Part shown: positions 1 to 7,980 of the stretch, in pieces | Numbering within the stretch: the first letter of the stretch is position 1 | Layout of the letters: every line of letters begins with the position of its first letter | NCBI GenBank assembly: GCA_963762565.1 | Contig: CAVXLD010000001.1 | Location: 576,001 to 640,000 of the forward strand | Direction: 5' to 3' | DNA length: 64,000 nt | Source of the DNA: an uncultured Verrucomicrobiae bacterium | Lineage (GTDB): Bacteria > Verrucomicrobiota > Verrucomicrobiia > Chthoniobacterales > JAFAMB01 | Notes under the pieces: generated by a model | Told to the model about the DNA's origin: nothing | Seen by the model: the letters and a program-made list of their open reading frames with translations, nothing else | Databases searched by the model: none | Program-made: the position numbers and the translations under genes

Positions 1-409
1 TCTCGTCGCTGCGGTGCAAGGGCAACCGTTGAGCCCCTCGTTAACAAAGACACGTGAGGAATTGAATGATCGAGTGCAGCGAGAGCCTGCCAACGCCGCC
101 CTGCTCAGTAGCTTGGCACTGGTTGATGCCTTGCTCGGAGATAAAGCAAAAGCTAATCCAGAGGCGGAACGCGCCCTGGAGCTGACACCGGTAGCAAAAG
201 ACGCGATGCATGGCCCAGACATCCTAAAAAATGTCGCCGCTGTGCATGTTTGGACTGGCGAGCTGGAAAAAGCGTTCGCGGAGCTAAGTTCCCTAGCGAA
301 AATACCAAAGGGGATTTCATACGGAGAATTGAAGTGCGATCAGTATTGGGGTCCCATCAGGAACGATCCGCGCTACAAAATGATCTTGGCCGACCTGACG
401 CCGAATTGA
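1..409 (+). CDS. 3' end of a TPR-repeat protein (C-terminus typical of kinase/adenylate-cyclase-TolB-like-TPR proteins); starts before the window
   Basis: Frame is open to the window edge. Helical TPR-like text (AEAERALELTP..DAMHGP) and a terminal 'SYGELK..YWGPIRNDPRY' resembling the DPxWDPLRxDPRF ending of that family. Confidence 0.65.
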   Translation, partial: LVAAVQGQPLSPSLTKTREELNDRVQREPANAALLSSLALVDALLGDKAKANPEAERALELTPVAKDAMHGPDILKNVAAVHVWTGELEKAFAELSSLAKIPKGISYGELKCDQYWGPIRNDPRYKMILADLTPN

Positions 410-504
410 GGAGTGAGAAGTGATTGGCCGAAAGTCCGATCGAACGGCTGTGTAAAAATTGGTCCAAGAAACCCGAGATGCTGAGACAAAGTTGCGGCGG
501 CCGA

Positions 505-3414
505 TTACCAAAGCGATAGCAGGAATCCTTGGCCCCGTGACTCGCTGCCTTTTTGTCTGCAATATTCCGCGTGGGTTCCTTTTGCGCGTGTTTCCAGTGA
601 AATCGAGTTCTGCTGATACGCGGTGCGGATAGCTTCGTGGAAAGAAGCCTCAATTTCGGCCTCGTCAGCGCCCTTAGCGGTGAGAAACACTGCCTTGAGC
701 CGATGCAGTTCAGCACACCACCAGCGCTCCTCAGAAGTTTCAACGACTGCTTGTGCCTCTCTGATCGCCTCGAGAGCTTCGGACGTCCGGCCGGCGAAGT
801 GGAAAGCTTCGGCCTTGAGCGCTAAGAAATAGGGCACGGCCCAAATCGATCCGATTGCGCGCCAGTCGGCCAATCCTTTCTCGATCCATGAGAGGCCCTC
901 TGGCGGGTTACCAGAAGCGCTGCGGGCCCAGCCCCGAAAAATCTCTCCTCCGGCCAGCCAAAGCGCAAAACTCTGACGGGTTGACAGTTCGACCAAATCG
1001 GCAGCATGGGCTTCCACTTCAGCAGGCTTATGCTCAAGGTGACAGAGGATTGCTGCATACCATAGTACCACGGCTAATCCATGCGTATCATTCAGTTCTT
1101 TTGCCAGCAAGATGGCTTCCGCCATTTTCGCTTGGCAAAAAGAGAGCTCTCCTAGATGCCACTCGGCTACCGCCTCACAGGAAAGACAAATAACCTCAGG
1201 CGTGCTGATCTCTTCGATCGAAAACTGTACGCCTACCGAGCGCCAGATCTGAACCCCTTCGCTCGCATATCGTCGCGCAGCCTCGAAATCGCCCAAAAAA
1301 AAGAGCGTGACGCTCAACTGTCGATAAGCTCGAATCATTAACGCGGAGTTATTCTGCTCCTGTGCCAACGAATAAGCTCGTTTGGCAATCTGCAGTGTTG
1401 TGGTGAACTTTTCGGTGACGCAGGAATAGCGCCATTGACCTTCGAGTGCAAAAATCAGGGCTAAAGGCCGGTTAAGCGAATGACATAGAGCCTCCGCGCG
1501 CTCATAACAAATTCGCGCCTCCGGCGCTGCGAATCCTCGCGTGTGTATCAGATATCGCCCCGCCTCCATAAGGATAAAGAGCTGATCTTCCGCGGTGAGA
1601 CTTTGCCCGGCGGCACTCACTTCCGCCAGTGATCCCCAGCGCTCCTTTTCAAAGAAATGGGCCAATGCCGAGAGCAATGCTCCTCTCAGCCCAAGAACGT
1701 TGGAAGCGAAGGAGGCATTTCCCCGCTGAATCCGGGGAATATAGACTTCATGGAGCGCCTTTCGAAACAGACCGGCGTTGCATCCACAGATCACCGCTAA
1801 GAAAAGCGGCTCCATCTCCCTAAAACTATCCGGCAGCTCAGGCGCAAGGGTTTGATAATAATTGTAAAGCCGCTTATTGCATTCCTGCCAGGCATCGGGG
1901 TTTTGATCCCGGAGTTGCCCGCCGAAATATTCACGAACGAGAGGATGCGTGTCTAGATGTCCACGATAATGCGGATCTTCGCCGGCCAGAAGCCTTGCTC
2001 TCCTTAACTTGGCAAGAATCCTTCTCCACTCGGTTGGGCTCAAACTCGTTAACGACTCAGTAAGGCCGGAGATCGCAGGCGGCTTCAGCAGTGCGCTCAG
2101 CGCCTTCTCGTCGGCAGGTCGATCAAATAGACCTAACATCCGCAGAACTGACATTTCAGGACCCTCGCCAAGCCAGCTCTGATAAGATGCCATGACCTTT
2201 CGGGCGTGGACTCCCTGGCGTACGTCGTCGACCAGACGCGCTGATACTTCTTCCCGACACCGAAGATCTCCGTCATAAGCGTCGGTCAGATAGCTGCCCA
2301 ACAGCGTTAAGGCGAGACAGTGGCCGGCGAATTCGTCACTGGTCGTTTGCAGCTCCGCCTCATGCCCTTTAACCCCCAATGCTCGGAGCAGCTTCGCACC
2401 GGCATCGCTGGATAATTGCTCCAATTCTAATCTTAGAGCTGAGGCACCCTCATGGTCCGCAATATCAGCGATTGGCGTTCGGGTGGTGATCAGGCAAAGC
2501 CCTGTGTTGAAAGCGGCGAGCTCGCGCAGAAGCGCCTGCAACGAAGGATCGCGTAACCGTCCTTCCTGTGGGCCAGGCGGGTTTTGCAGCGGCTCCAGGC
2601 CGTCCAGAACCATTAAAGTTCGACGATGCGCTATCAGTTTGGCTAATCGTTCGCCCTTTTCCCAGCCCGTTCCGATCCGCGGATCTGGATCGCCAAACCA
2701 ACTTAGAGCGGTGTCTAGGAATTGATCTGCAGACGGAGCCTCCCCACTCGTGCCCTGTCTGTAAAAGGACCAGCCGAAGACAAGCTCCGCAGCGCGATAA
2801 TGTTCGGTAGCCAGGCTTCGGAGCCAGTGGTTGATGAGCGTCGATTTACCGACACCGCCCCAGGCGACAATTGTGACGATGTTAACCTGCTGATTCGCCA
2901 ATGCAGCGTCCAGGAAAGATATGTCCTCTGTTCGCCCAAAAACATCGCTTCCGGTAATTGGCAGTCTGGCTATGGAAATCTTTTCGGGTCCCAGCGTTTT
3001 TGCCGGCCTGCGAGACGATTCAGTCACCAGCAACCTTCTAACACGCTCAGCTAGTGTACCCAGATGCTTTTCCAAAGGCGGAGCGGTTGCGTCTAGCCAT
3101 TGAACGGTGTCCAGGAAATAACTCAGATTTTGGTCCGGCGAAACATTCTTGATTCGGAAAGGGATGACTGCCAGGCCGGAAGAGAAAGCTTTAGCCACTT
3201 CTCGCTGAACATGATCGGAATCATCGGAATGCTCCGAGAAGACCAGAACGAACACTCGACAGGCTTCAAGAGCCTGTATGATTCCTTTTGTCCAAGACGT
3301 TCCTGGTTCGATATCACGGGGAGCGATCCAACATTTGATACCCGCGGACTCGAGATGGGCACAAATCGCGTCCGCAGTCGCCCGATCTTTACTCGAATGA
3401 CTGATGAAGACCAT
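505..3414 (-). CDS. TIR domain + STAND/NB-ARC-like NTPase + TPR-like C-terminus (NLR-like protein, ~969 aa)
   Basis: Start re-assigned to ATG 3414 (MVFISHSSKD...CWIAPRDI...HVQREV = TIR_2). Walker A GGVGKS, Walker B MVLDGLE, GHCLAL (GxPLAL-like), HPLVREY, helical repeats ending WWCAELHRLK. Confidence 0.85.
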   Translation of the reverse strand: MVFISHSSKDRATADAICAHLESAGIKCWIAPRDIEPGTSWTKGIIQALEACRVFVLVFSEHSDDSDHVQREVAKAFSSGLAVIPFRIKNVSPDQNLSYFLDTVQWLDATAPPLEKHLGTLAERVRRLLVTESSRRPAKTLGPEKISIARLPITGSDVFGRTEDISFLDAALANQQVNIVTIVAWGGVGKSTLINHWLRSLATEHYRAAELVFGWSFYRQGTSGEAPSADQFLDTALSWFGDPDPRIGTGWEKGERLAKLIAHRRTLMVLDGLEPLQNPPGPQEGRLRDPSLQALLRELAAFNTGLCLITTRTPIADIADHEGASALRLELEQLSSDAGAKLLRALGVKGHEAELQTTSDEFAGHCLALTLLGSYLTDAYDGDLRCREEVSARLVDDVRQGVHARKVMASYQSWLGEGPEMSVLRMLGLFDRPADEKALSALLKPPAISGLTESLTSLSPTEWRRILAKLRRARLLAGEDPHYRGHLDTHPLVREYFGGQLRDQNPDAWQECNKRLYNYYQTLAPELPDSFREMEPLFLAVICGCNAGLFRKALHEVYIPRIQRGNASFASNVLGLRGALLSALAHFFEKERWGSLAEVSAAGQSLTAEDQLFILMEAGRYLIHTRGFAAPEARICYERAEALCHSLNRPLALIFALEGQWRYSCVTEKFTTTLQIAKRAYSLAQEQNNSALMIRAYRQLSVTLFFLGDFEAARRYASEGVQIWRSVGVQFSIEEISTPEVICLSCEAVAEWHLGELSFCQAKMAEAILLAKELNDTHGLAVVLWYAAILCHLEHKPAEVEAHAADLVELSTRQSFALWLAGGEIFRGWARSASGNPPEGLSWIEKGLADWRAIGSIWAVPYFLALKAEAFHFAGRTSEALEAIREAQAVVETSEERWWCAELHRLKAVFLTAKGADEAEIEASFHEAIRTAYQQNSISLETRAKGTHAEYCRQKGSESRGQGFLLSLW

Positions 3415-3520
3415 CGGCGTATGGTTCCTCTGCGGTAACCTGAACTTTAGCCGATTTGATCGCCGATAGCTTGCAAAAAATCCCGTCGCCGAAGTGACGG
3501 GTAAGACACGCCACACCCCG

Positions 3521-3726
3521 CCCGTCGCCTGGAGGGGAGTTGCTTTGTAGCATGGCAGCTCTGCAGGTTGGAGGGGAGCCGCTTTGTAGTGTGGCAACTC
3601 TGCAGGTCGGCAGCAGGCGGCTCCCGCGAACGGCCCCACGCGTCACCATCGCCCAGCGCACCCTGGAGGGGAGCCGCTTCGTAACGTGGCAGCTCTGCAG
3701 GTCGGCAGCAGGCGGCTCCCGGGAAC
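3521..3726. repeat. REP/REPIN cluster left of the RAYT (three units of TGGAGGGGAGCCGC..GCAGGT[CGGCAGCAGGCGGCTCCCG])
   Basis: Direct repeats near 3530, 3569 and 3664. GGGAGCCGC/GCGGCTCCC form inverted pairs. Confidence 0.8.
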
Positions 3727-3807
3727 GTCTCCAGGCGTCGCCATCGCCCAACGTTTTCTGGTTTTTAATCGTTTGACGCTGAATATAACACACAATATTT
3801 ATAGGTT

Positions 3808-4269
3808 GTGATATTGCCAGAACGCGAGCACCCGCCACACCTAACATCTTTAGATCTTAAGGCGGTCGTTCTGCTCCTGACCATCTGTACAAAAAATCGC
3901 GGCAAGATTTTGGCGCACGACTGGGTCCACGAATTGGTTCGCGAGGCTTGGACCCTCTGCGCTGATTATCCAGTCGGCCGATACGTGATAATGCCGGATC
4001 ATATCCATGCGTTTGTTGGCGAGAGCAATCTAGCAAGGTATCCGTTAGCCAACTGGGTCGCCGCTTGGAAATCCTTCGTAGCGCTGCGCTGGCCATCGCC
4101 CAAGGACAAGCCAATTTGGCAGCGGAGCTTTTGGGATCGCCAAATCCGCAGCAGTGACGCGTACGATCAGAAGTGGTTGTATGTGCGGAACAATCCCGTC
4201 CGACATGGGTACGTTACGAACCCGGATGATTGGCCGTTCCAAGGATCCATGAATAGTCTATCGTGGTAG
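3808..4269 (+). mobile_element. REP-associated tyrosine transposase (RAYT, Y1/HUH TnpA family)
   Basis: LTICT, YVIMPDHIH (HUH), WQRSFWDRQIR, YVRNNPVRHG (catalytic Tyr), DWPF; flanked by inverted REP clusters. Confidence 0.9.
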
Positions 4270-4313
4270 AGAAAAAGCCAAATCCGCGATGGGTTATGGC
4301 GTGCCAGGGGTTA

Positions 4314-4410
4314 TTCCCGGGAGCCGCCTGCTGACAACCGATAGAACTAGAGACCTACAAAGCGGCTCCCCTCCGACCGATAGCCCCTCCAGGCCGCGGG
4401 CCGCGACGGG
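4314..4410. repeat. REP cluster right of the RAYT, inverted relative to the left cluster
   Basis: The reverse complement contains GGAGGGGAGCCGCTTTGTAG and CAGCAGGCGGCTCCCGGGAA, both found at 3570-3726. Confidence 0.8.
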
Positions 4411-4423
4411 CAGATTGTCCTCC

Positions 4424-5362
4424 TTATACCAACGGAAACTCGTCCAACCGCGCCTCCAGCCGTTTTCGCAGCGCTTCACGCGCGCTAGCGGTGGTTTCTT
4501 CCGCTGCCCCAATTGCGACGCAAAACGCAATCAGTCCTTCAAGGTCCCCAATATCGATAAACTCTGCATCGATCCGCCCGTCCGGCGTGCAGTTATGGTA
4601 GTTACCTAGAGCAATACAAAGCGCGGCCGATCGATATCCGTAGAGCTGAAATGCAGTTGCCTCGCAAGTTCCCCCAGGCATTAAACAACGTTGAAACCCG
4701 AATTTTTCTTTCTTTGCCACCTCAACAAGAAAGTCCGTGGTCTGCGGATCGAAAATCGACGTTCGATCTCCCACGCGGATGATCGGTCCCTCTCCCATCT
4801 TAGCCGGAGGGATTTCTTTGCTGGTCTCAAGTGAAATGATGGTTGTGTCAAATGGCAGCAGCTTCGATTTCGCCAGATGAATGGCGCCGATGAAACCGAC
4901 CTCTTCAGCCCGAGTGAAAACTCCTGCCACCGGTCCGGCAGATCCATTTGCAGACAACGTCCGCAGCATCGCTATAATCGTTGCACAGCCGATCAGATCG
5001 TCACAGGCGCGCGAATAAAGACGGTCGCCATCGAGCCTGAAACCCGGAAAATCCCACATTCCGAAATCGCCAAATTCACGCACTTGGCCCTTGTCCTGGA
5101 GGCTTTCCGGGACACCTCCCAGAAAGCGGCGGACCGGACGTAGCTGCCATCCGGGATGATCCATGTGCGCAACGAAGGCATATTTCGGCGCCTCGCCGAA
5201 GTACCAAGCAATGAGGTTGCCATAGGCGTCCGTTTGCAATTTTAGTCCGTTGATCCCGAGCAGTTGCCGCTCGATCTCATCCCCGACAGCGCCCTCATAC
5301 GTGGGGGCTGTTGGGCACTCGAGCAGGGGGTGAACGATTTGCAGGAGTTCATCGCGGTTCAT
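4424..5362 (-). CDS. M20/M28/M42-family zinc metallopeptidase
   Basis: Metal-ligand motifs AHMDH, RACDD, AEEVG, LET, GGTCEA, YHN. Confidence 0.8.
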   Translation of the reverse strand: MNRDELLQIVHPLLECPTAPTYEGAVGDEIERQLLGINGLKLQTDAYGNLIAWYFGEAPKYAFVAHMDHPGWQLRPVRRFLGGVPESLQDKGQVREFGDFGMWDFPGFRLDGDRLYSRACDDLIGCATIIAMLRTLSANGSAGPVAGVFTRAEEVGFIGAIHLAKSKLLPFDTTIISLETSKEIPPAKMGEGPIIRVGDRTSIFDPQTTDFLVEVAKKEKFGFQRCLMPGGTCEATAFQLYGYRSAALCIALGNYHNCTPDGRIDAEFIDIGDLEGLIAFCVAIGAAEETTASAREALRKRLEARLDEFPLV

Positions 5363-5369
5363 GAGGGGT

Positions 5370-5569
5370 AAGGAGTTCAGCGAGTTAGGAGTTCAGGAGT
5401 TCAAGGAGTTACAGGAGTTCAGGAGGGCGGACAACCGCGAATTCAGACAAATATCAGGCAGAGCTGAACCGCAGATGGACGCGGATTTAATTCTTGTCCG
5501 TTCGCGTGAATTCGAGGTTAAGAATTTCCTCCTGAACTCCTTGAACTCCTCGAACTCCTGAACTCCTTT
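5370..5569. repeat. Nested inverted-repeat element: (AGGAGTTC)n arms enclosing an AACCGCGAATTCA/TGAATTCGAGGTT pair
   Basis: Tandem GGAGTTCA at ~5371-5425 mirrored by TGAACTCC at ~5528-5568; inner pair at 5433-5445 and 5507-5519. Confidence 0.8.
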
Positions 5570-5588
5570 AGGATTTGGCCAATTTCGC

Positions 5589-6575
5589 ATGTTTAAGAAA
5601 ATCCGTTACTGGCTCGAATTTGTTGGTCTAGAAGCTGTGGCCCGCGTAGTTCCGATTTTTCCGCTGCCGGTTCTACGCTGGCTCGCACGGGGGGTCAGTT
5701 GGCCGGTTTTCTATCTCGATCGCAGGAGTCGATCGGTCGCGTTGGCAAACTTAGAGGCCGTCTTCGGCGATCGATATACACCGAAGGAACGGGAACGGAT
5801 TGCCCGAAAGTCGATGCAATTACTCGGACAAAGCTTCTTGGAACTCTTTTGGGCACCCAGAATCCGCCCGGAAAACTGTCAGCCCTACCTGCGCATGCAG
5901 AATGAAGAGTCTTATCAGGAAATCCTTCGACTGAAAGGGGATCGTCCCGTGATTGGTGTTACCTTTCACTTTGGCAACTTTGAATGGGGAAGTCTGCTGT
6001 TCGCTTTTCGTGGGATAGGCGGTTACGTACTAATGCAGCGTTTCAAAAACGACCGCTTGACCGGCCTTTTCCAACGGCTCAGAGAAAGCACGGGGCAGAA
6101 GGCGATTACTCAAGAAAAATCGATGGTGAAGTTCTTCAAATTATTGAAGCAAGGCACCAGTGTCGGGATGTTAGGCGACCTTACATTGAAAATGTCGGAA
6201 CCGGGCGTGCTCATCAAAACGTTCGGTCTTTGGATGCGCACAACGGTGATGCACGGAGCATTACAGCAGCGAACCGGGATGCCGATTTTATTATTTGTGA
6301 CGATACCGGTCCGGAACGGGTATGAGGTTCACATTCCCGGGCTAATCGAATACTCTCCAAGGGCGACGCCGGAGGAAATCGCCCAGACCTGTTGGGACCG
6401 ATTCGAACCACTGATAAGAGAACGCCCAGAGCTATGGCTCTGGTCTTATAAACATTGGCGATACCGGCCACCAGTCGAAGGCGACCGTTATCCGTTTTAC
6501 GCTAATCGAAACGAGTTCTTCGACGCGGAATTTAATAAGAGGCTCGGGACAGCGGCGCGTCAGCCCGGCGAGTAG
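5589..6575 (+). CDS. Lipid A late acyltransferase / lysophospholipid acyltransferase (LpxL/HtrB family)
   Basis: ALANLEAVFG, HFGNFE, GMLGD, PELWLWSYKHWR motifs. Confidence 0.85.
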   Translation: MFKKIRYWLEFVGLEAVARVVPIFPLPVLRWLARGVSWPVFYLDRRSRSVALANLEAVFGDRYTPKERERIARKSMQLLGQSFLELFWAPRIRPENCQPYLRMQNEESYQEILRLKGDRPVIGVTFHFGNFEWGSLLFAFRGIGGYVLMQRFKNDRLTGLFQRLRESTGQKAITQEKSMVKFFKLLKQGTSVGMLGDLTLKMSEPGVLIKTFGLWMRTTVMHGALQQRTGMPILLFVTIPVRNGYEVHIPGLIEYSPRATPEEIAQTCWDRFEPLIRERPELWLWSYKHWRYRPPVEGDRYPFYANRNEFFDAEFNKRLGTAARQPGE

Positions 6576-6646
6576 CCCGGGAGGGCTCGCGTCCTCGCGG
6601 CACCATGCGGCCTTGTTGTGTAAATGATTTTCGTTACCGTCCCATT

Positions 6647-7144
6647 GTGAGCAGACTATTTACCGACTTGGAAGAAAGGGACGTGCTTGCTCTGGCGATT
6701 TCACTCGAAGAAGAAGACAGTCGCATCTATCGAGATTACGCCGAGAGGATGAAAGAAAAGTATCCGGAAACCGCGTCGATTCTGCAATCGATGTCCGAAG
6801 TGGAACTCTCTCATCATCGCCGTCTGATTGAGGTTTTCCAAGGCCGGTTCGGAGATCATGTTCCTTATTTTCGACGACAGGACGTTAAGGGATTTATCAA
6901 ACGCAAACCAATCTGGTTGAATATCCACCTTAAACCTAAGCGGGTGCGCCAGGAGGTGATGGGTATGGAAGCAGAAAGCCGCCGTTTCTATCAGCAGGGT
7001 ATGGAGCAGGTTAAGTCCCCCGAAGTGCGTGTGCTCTTGGAAGAGCTCGCCGCCGTCGAAGAAGAGCACCAAGACATTTTTGTGGAAGAGGTCAGAAAGA
7101 AAAAGAAATCAGGAGCGCTGGAGAAGGAAGACGAAAGGAGCTAG
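6647..7144 (+). CDS. Rubrerythrin/ferritin-like protein matching the N-terminal domain of iron exporter MbfA
   Basis: VLALAISLEEEDSRIY, E..HHRRL, RRQDVKGF..RKPIWL, MEAESRRFY, LA..EEEH. Probable GTG start at 6647. No VIT1 membrane domain. Confidence 0.75.
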   Translation: MSRLFTDLEERDVLALAISLEEEDSRIYRDYAERMKEKYPETASILQSMSEVELSHHRRLIEVFQGRFGDHVPYFRRQDVKGFIKRKPIWLNIHLKPKRVRQEVMGMEAESRRFYQQGMEQVKSPEVRVLLEELAAVEEEHQDIFVEEVRKKKKSGALEKEDERS

Positions 7145-7168
7145 GAGCTAGAATCTAGCTCCTTTCCC

Positions 7169-7711
7169 ATGGGTAAAATCTACACCGCTATCGACGAGAA
7201 ACTGAAGGGCTGGCTTGCCGCGCAAAAAGTGTTTTTTGTTGCCAGCGCTCCCCTCTCTCCTAACGGACATATTAATTGTTCGCCAAAAAACGGCGCATCT
7301 TTCCGCATTCTCGACGAACAAACTGTGGCCTACCTGGATCTGACTGGGAGCGGAATTGAAACGATCGCCCATTTGAAAGAGAACGGCCGCATCGTTCTCA
7401 TGTTCTGCGCCATGGAAGGCGCGCCAAAGATTGTCCGCCTGCATGGACAAGGCGAAACGATTGAACCTGGGCATCCGGATTTTGAATCAATGCGAGCGCA
7501 GTACCAAGACGCAACCGGCTTGCGCGCATTTATCCGGATCCGTTTGACTCGAATCTCGGATTCCTGCGGGTTCGGTGTACCGCGGTATGAATTCCGCGGG
7601 GAACGATCGCAGTTAGAAGAATGGGCAGAACGCAAAGGCGAACCCAACTTAGCCGTCTATCGCCAGGAGAAAAACAGCCGCTCGATCGACGGATTGCCAG
7701 GGGTTGGTTAA
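7169..7711 (+). CDS. Pyridoxamine 5'-phosphate oxidase-related FMN-binding protein
   Basis: FFVASAP, HINCSPK, YLDLTGSGIETIAHL.ENGR, SCGFGVP, SIDGLPG. Confidence 0.85.
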   Translation: MGKIYTAIDEKLKGWLAAQKVFFVASAPLSPNGHINCSPKNGASFRILDEQTVAYLDLTGSGIETIAHLKENGRIVLMFCAMEGAPKIVRLHGQGETIEPGHPDFESMRAQYQDATGLRAFIRIRLTRISDSCGFGVPRYEFRGERSQLEEWAERKGEPNLAVYRQEKNSRSIDGLPGVG

Positions 7712-7744
7712 CGGAGAACGGCGACCGCGAATTGTCGGACATCG

Positions 7745-7962
7745 TCCCAAAGGGACTTGAGGACTCAGCCTGGGGTTTAACCCCAGGTACTGGTTTAACA
7801 ATACCCAGCCCTGAAGGGGCGGTAGAACCGTTGCATAGAATGTCGATGGGTTAGCCAAAAAAGCGTCGAGTACAACAATCTTCCGCCCCTACAGGGCGGG
7901 CCGTTATGCGAATGGATACCAGGGGTTAAAACCCCTGGCTGAGTCCTTTCATCCCTTCGGGA
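7745..7962. repeat. Symmetric multi-hairpin REPIN-like element between convergent genes
   Basis: TCCCAAAGGGA..AGGACTCAGCCTGGGGTTTAACCCCAGG..GCCCTGAAGGGGCGG mirrored by CCGCCCCTACAGGGC..CCAGGGGTTAAAACCCCTGGCTGAGTCCT..TCCCTTCGGGA. Confidence 0.75.
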
Positions 7963-7980
7963 TAAGTCCATTTCTGGTCC

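Noticed and set aside
3415..3639. 75-aa N-terminal extension of the TIR-STAND ORF
   Set aside because: It is largely translated REP repeats; the TIR domain begins at ATG 3414.
3521..3726. Possible CRISPR array
   Set aside because: Few units, no unique equal-length spacers, no cas genes; explained as REPs of the adjacent RAYT.
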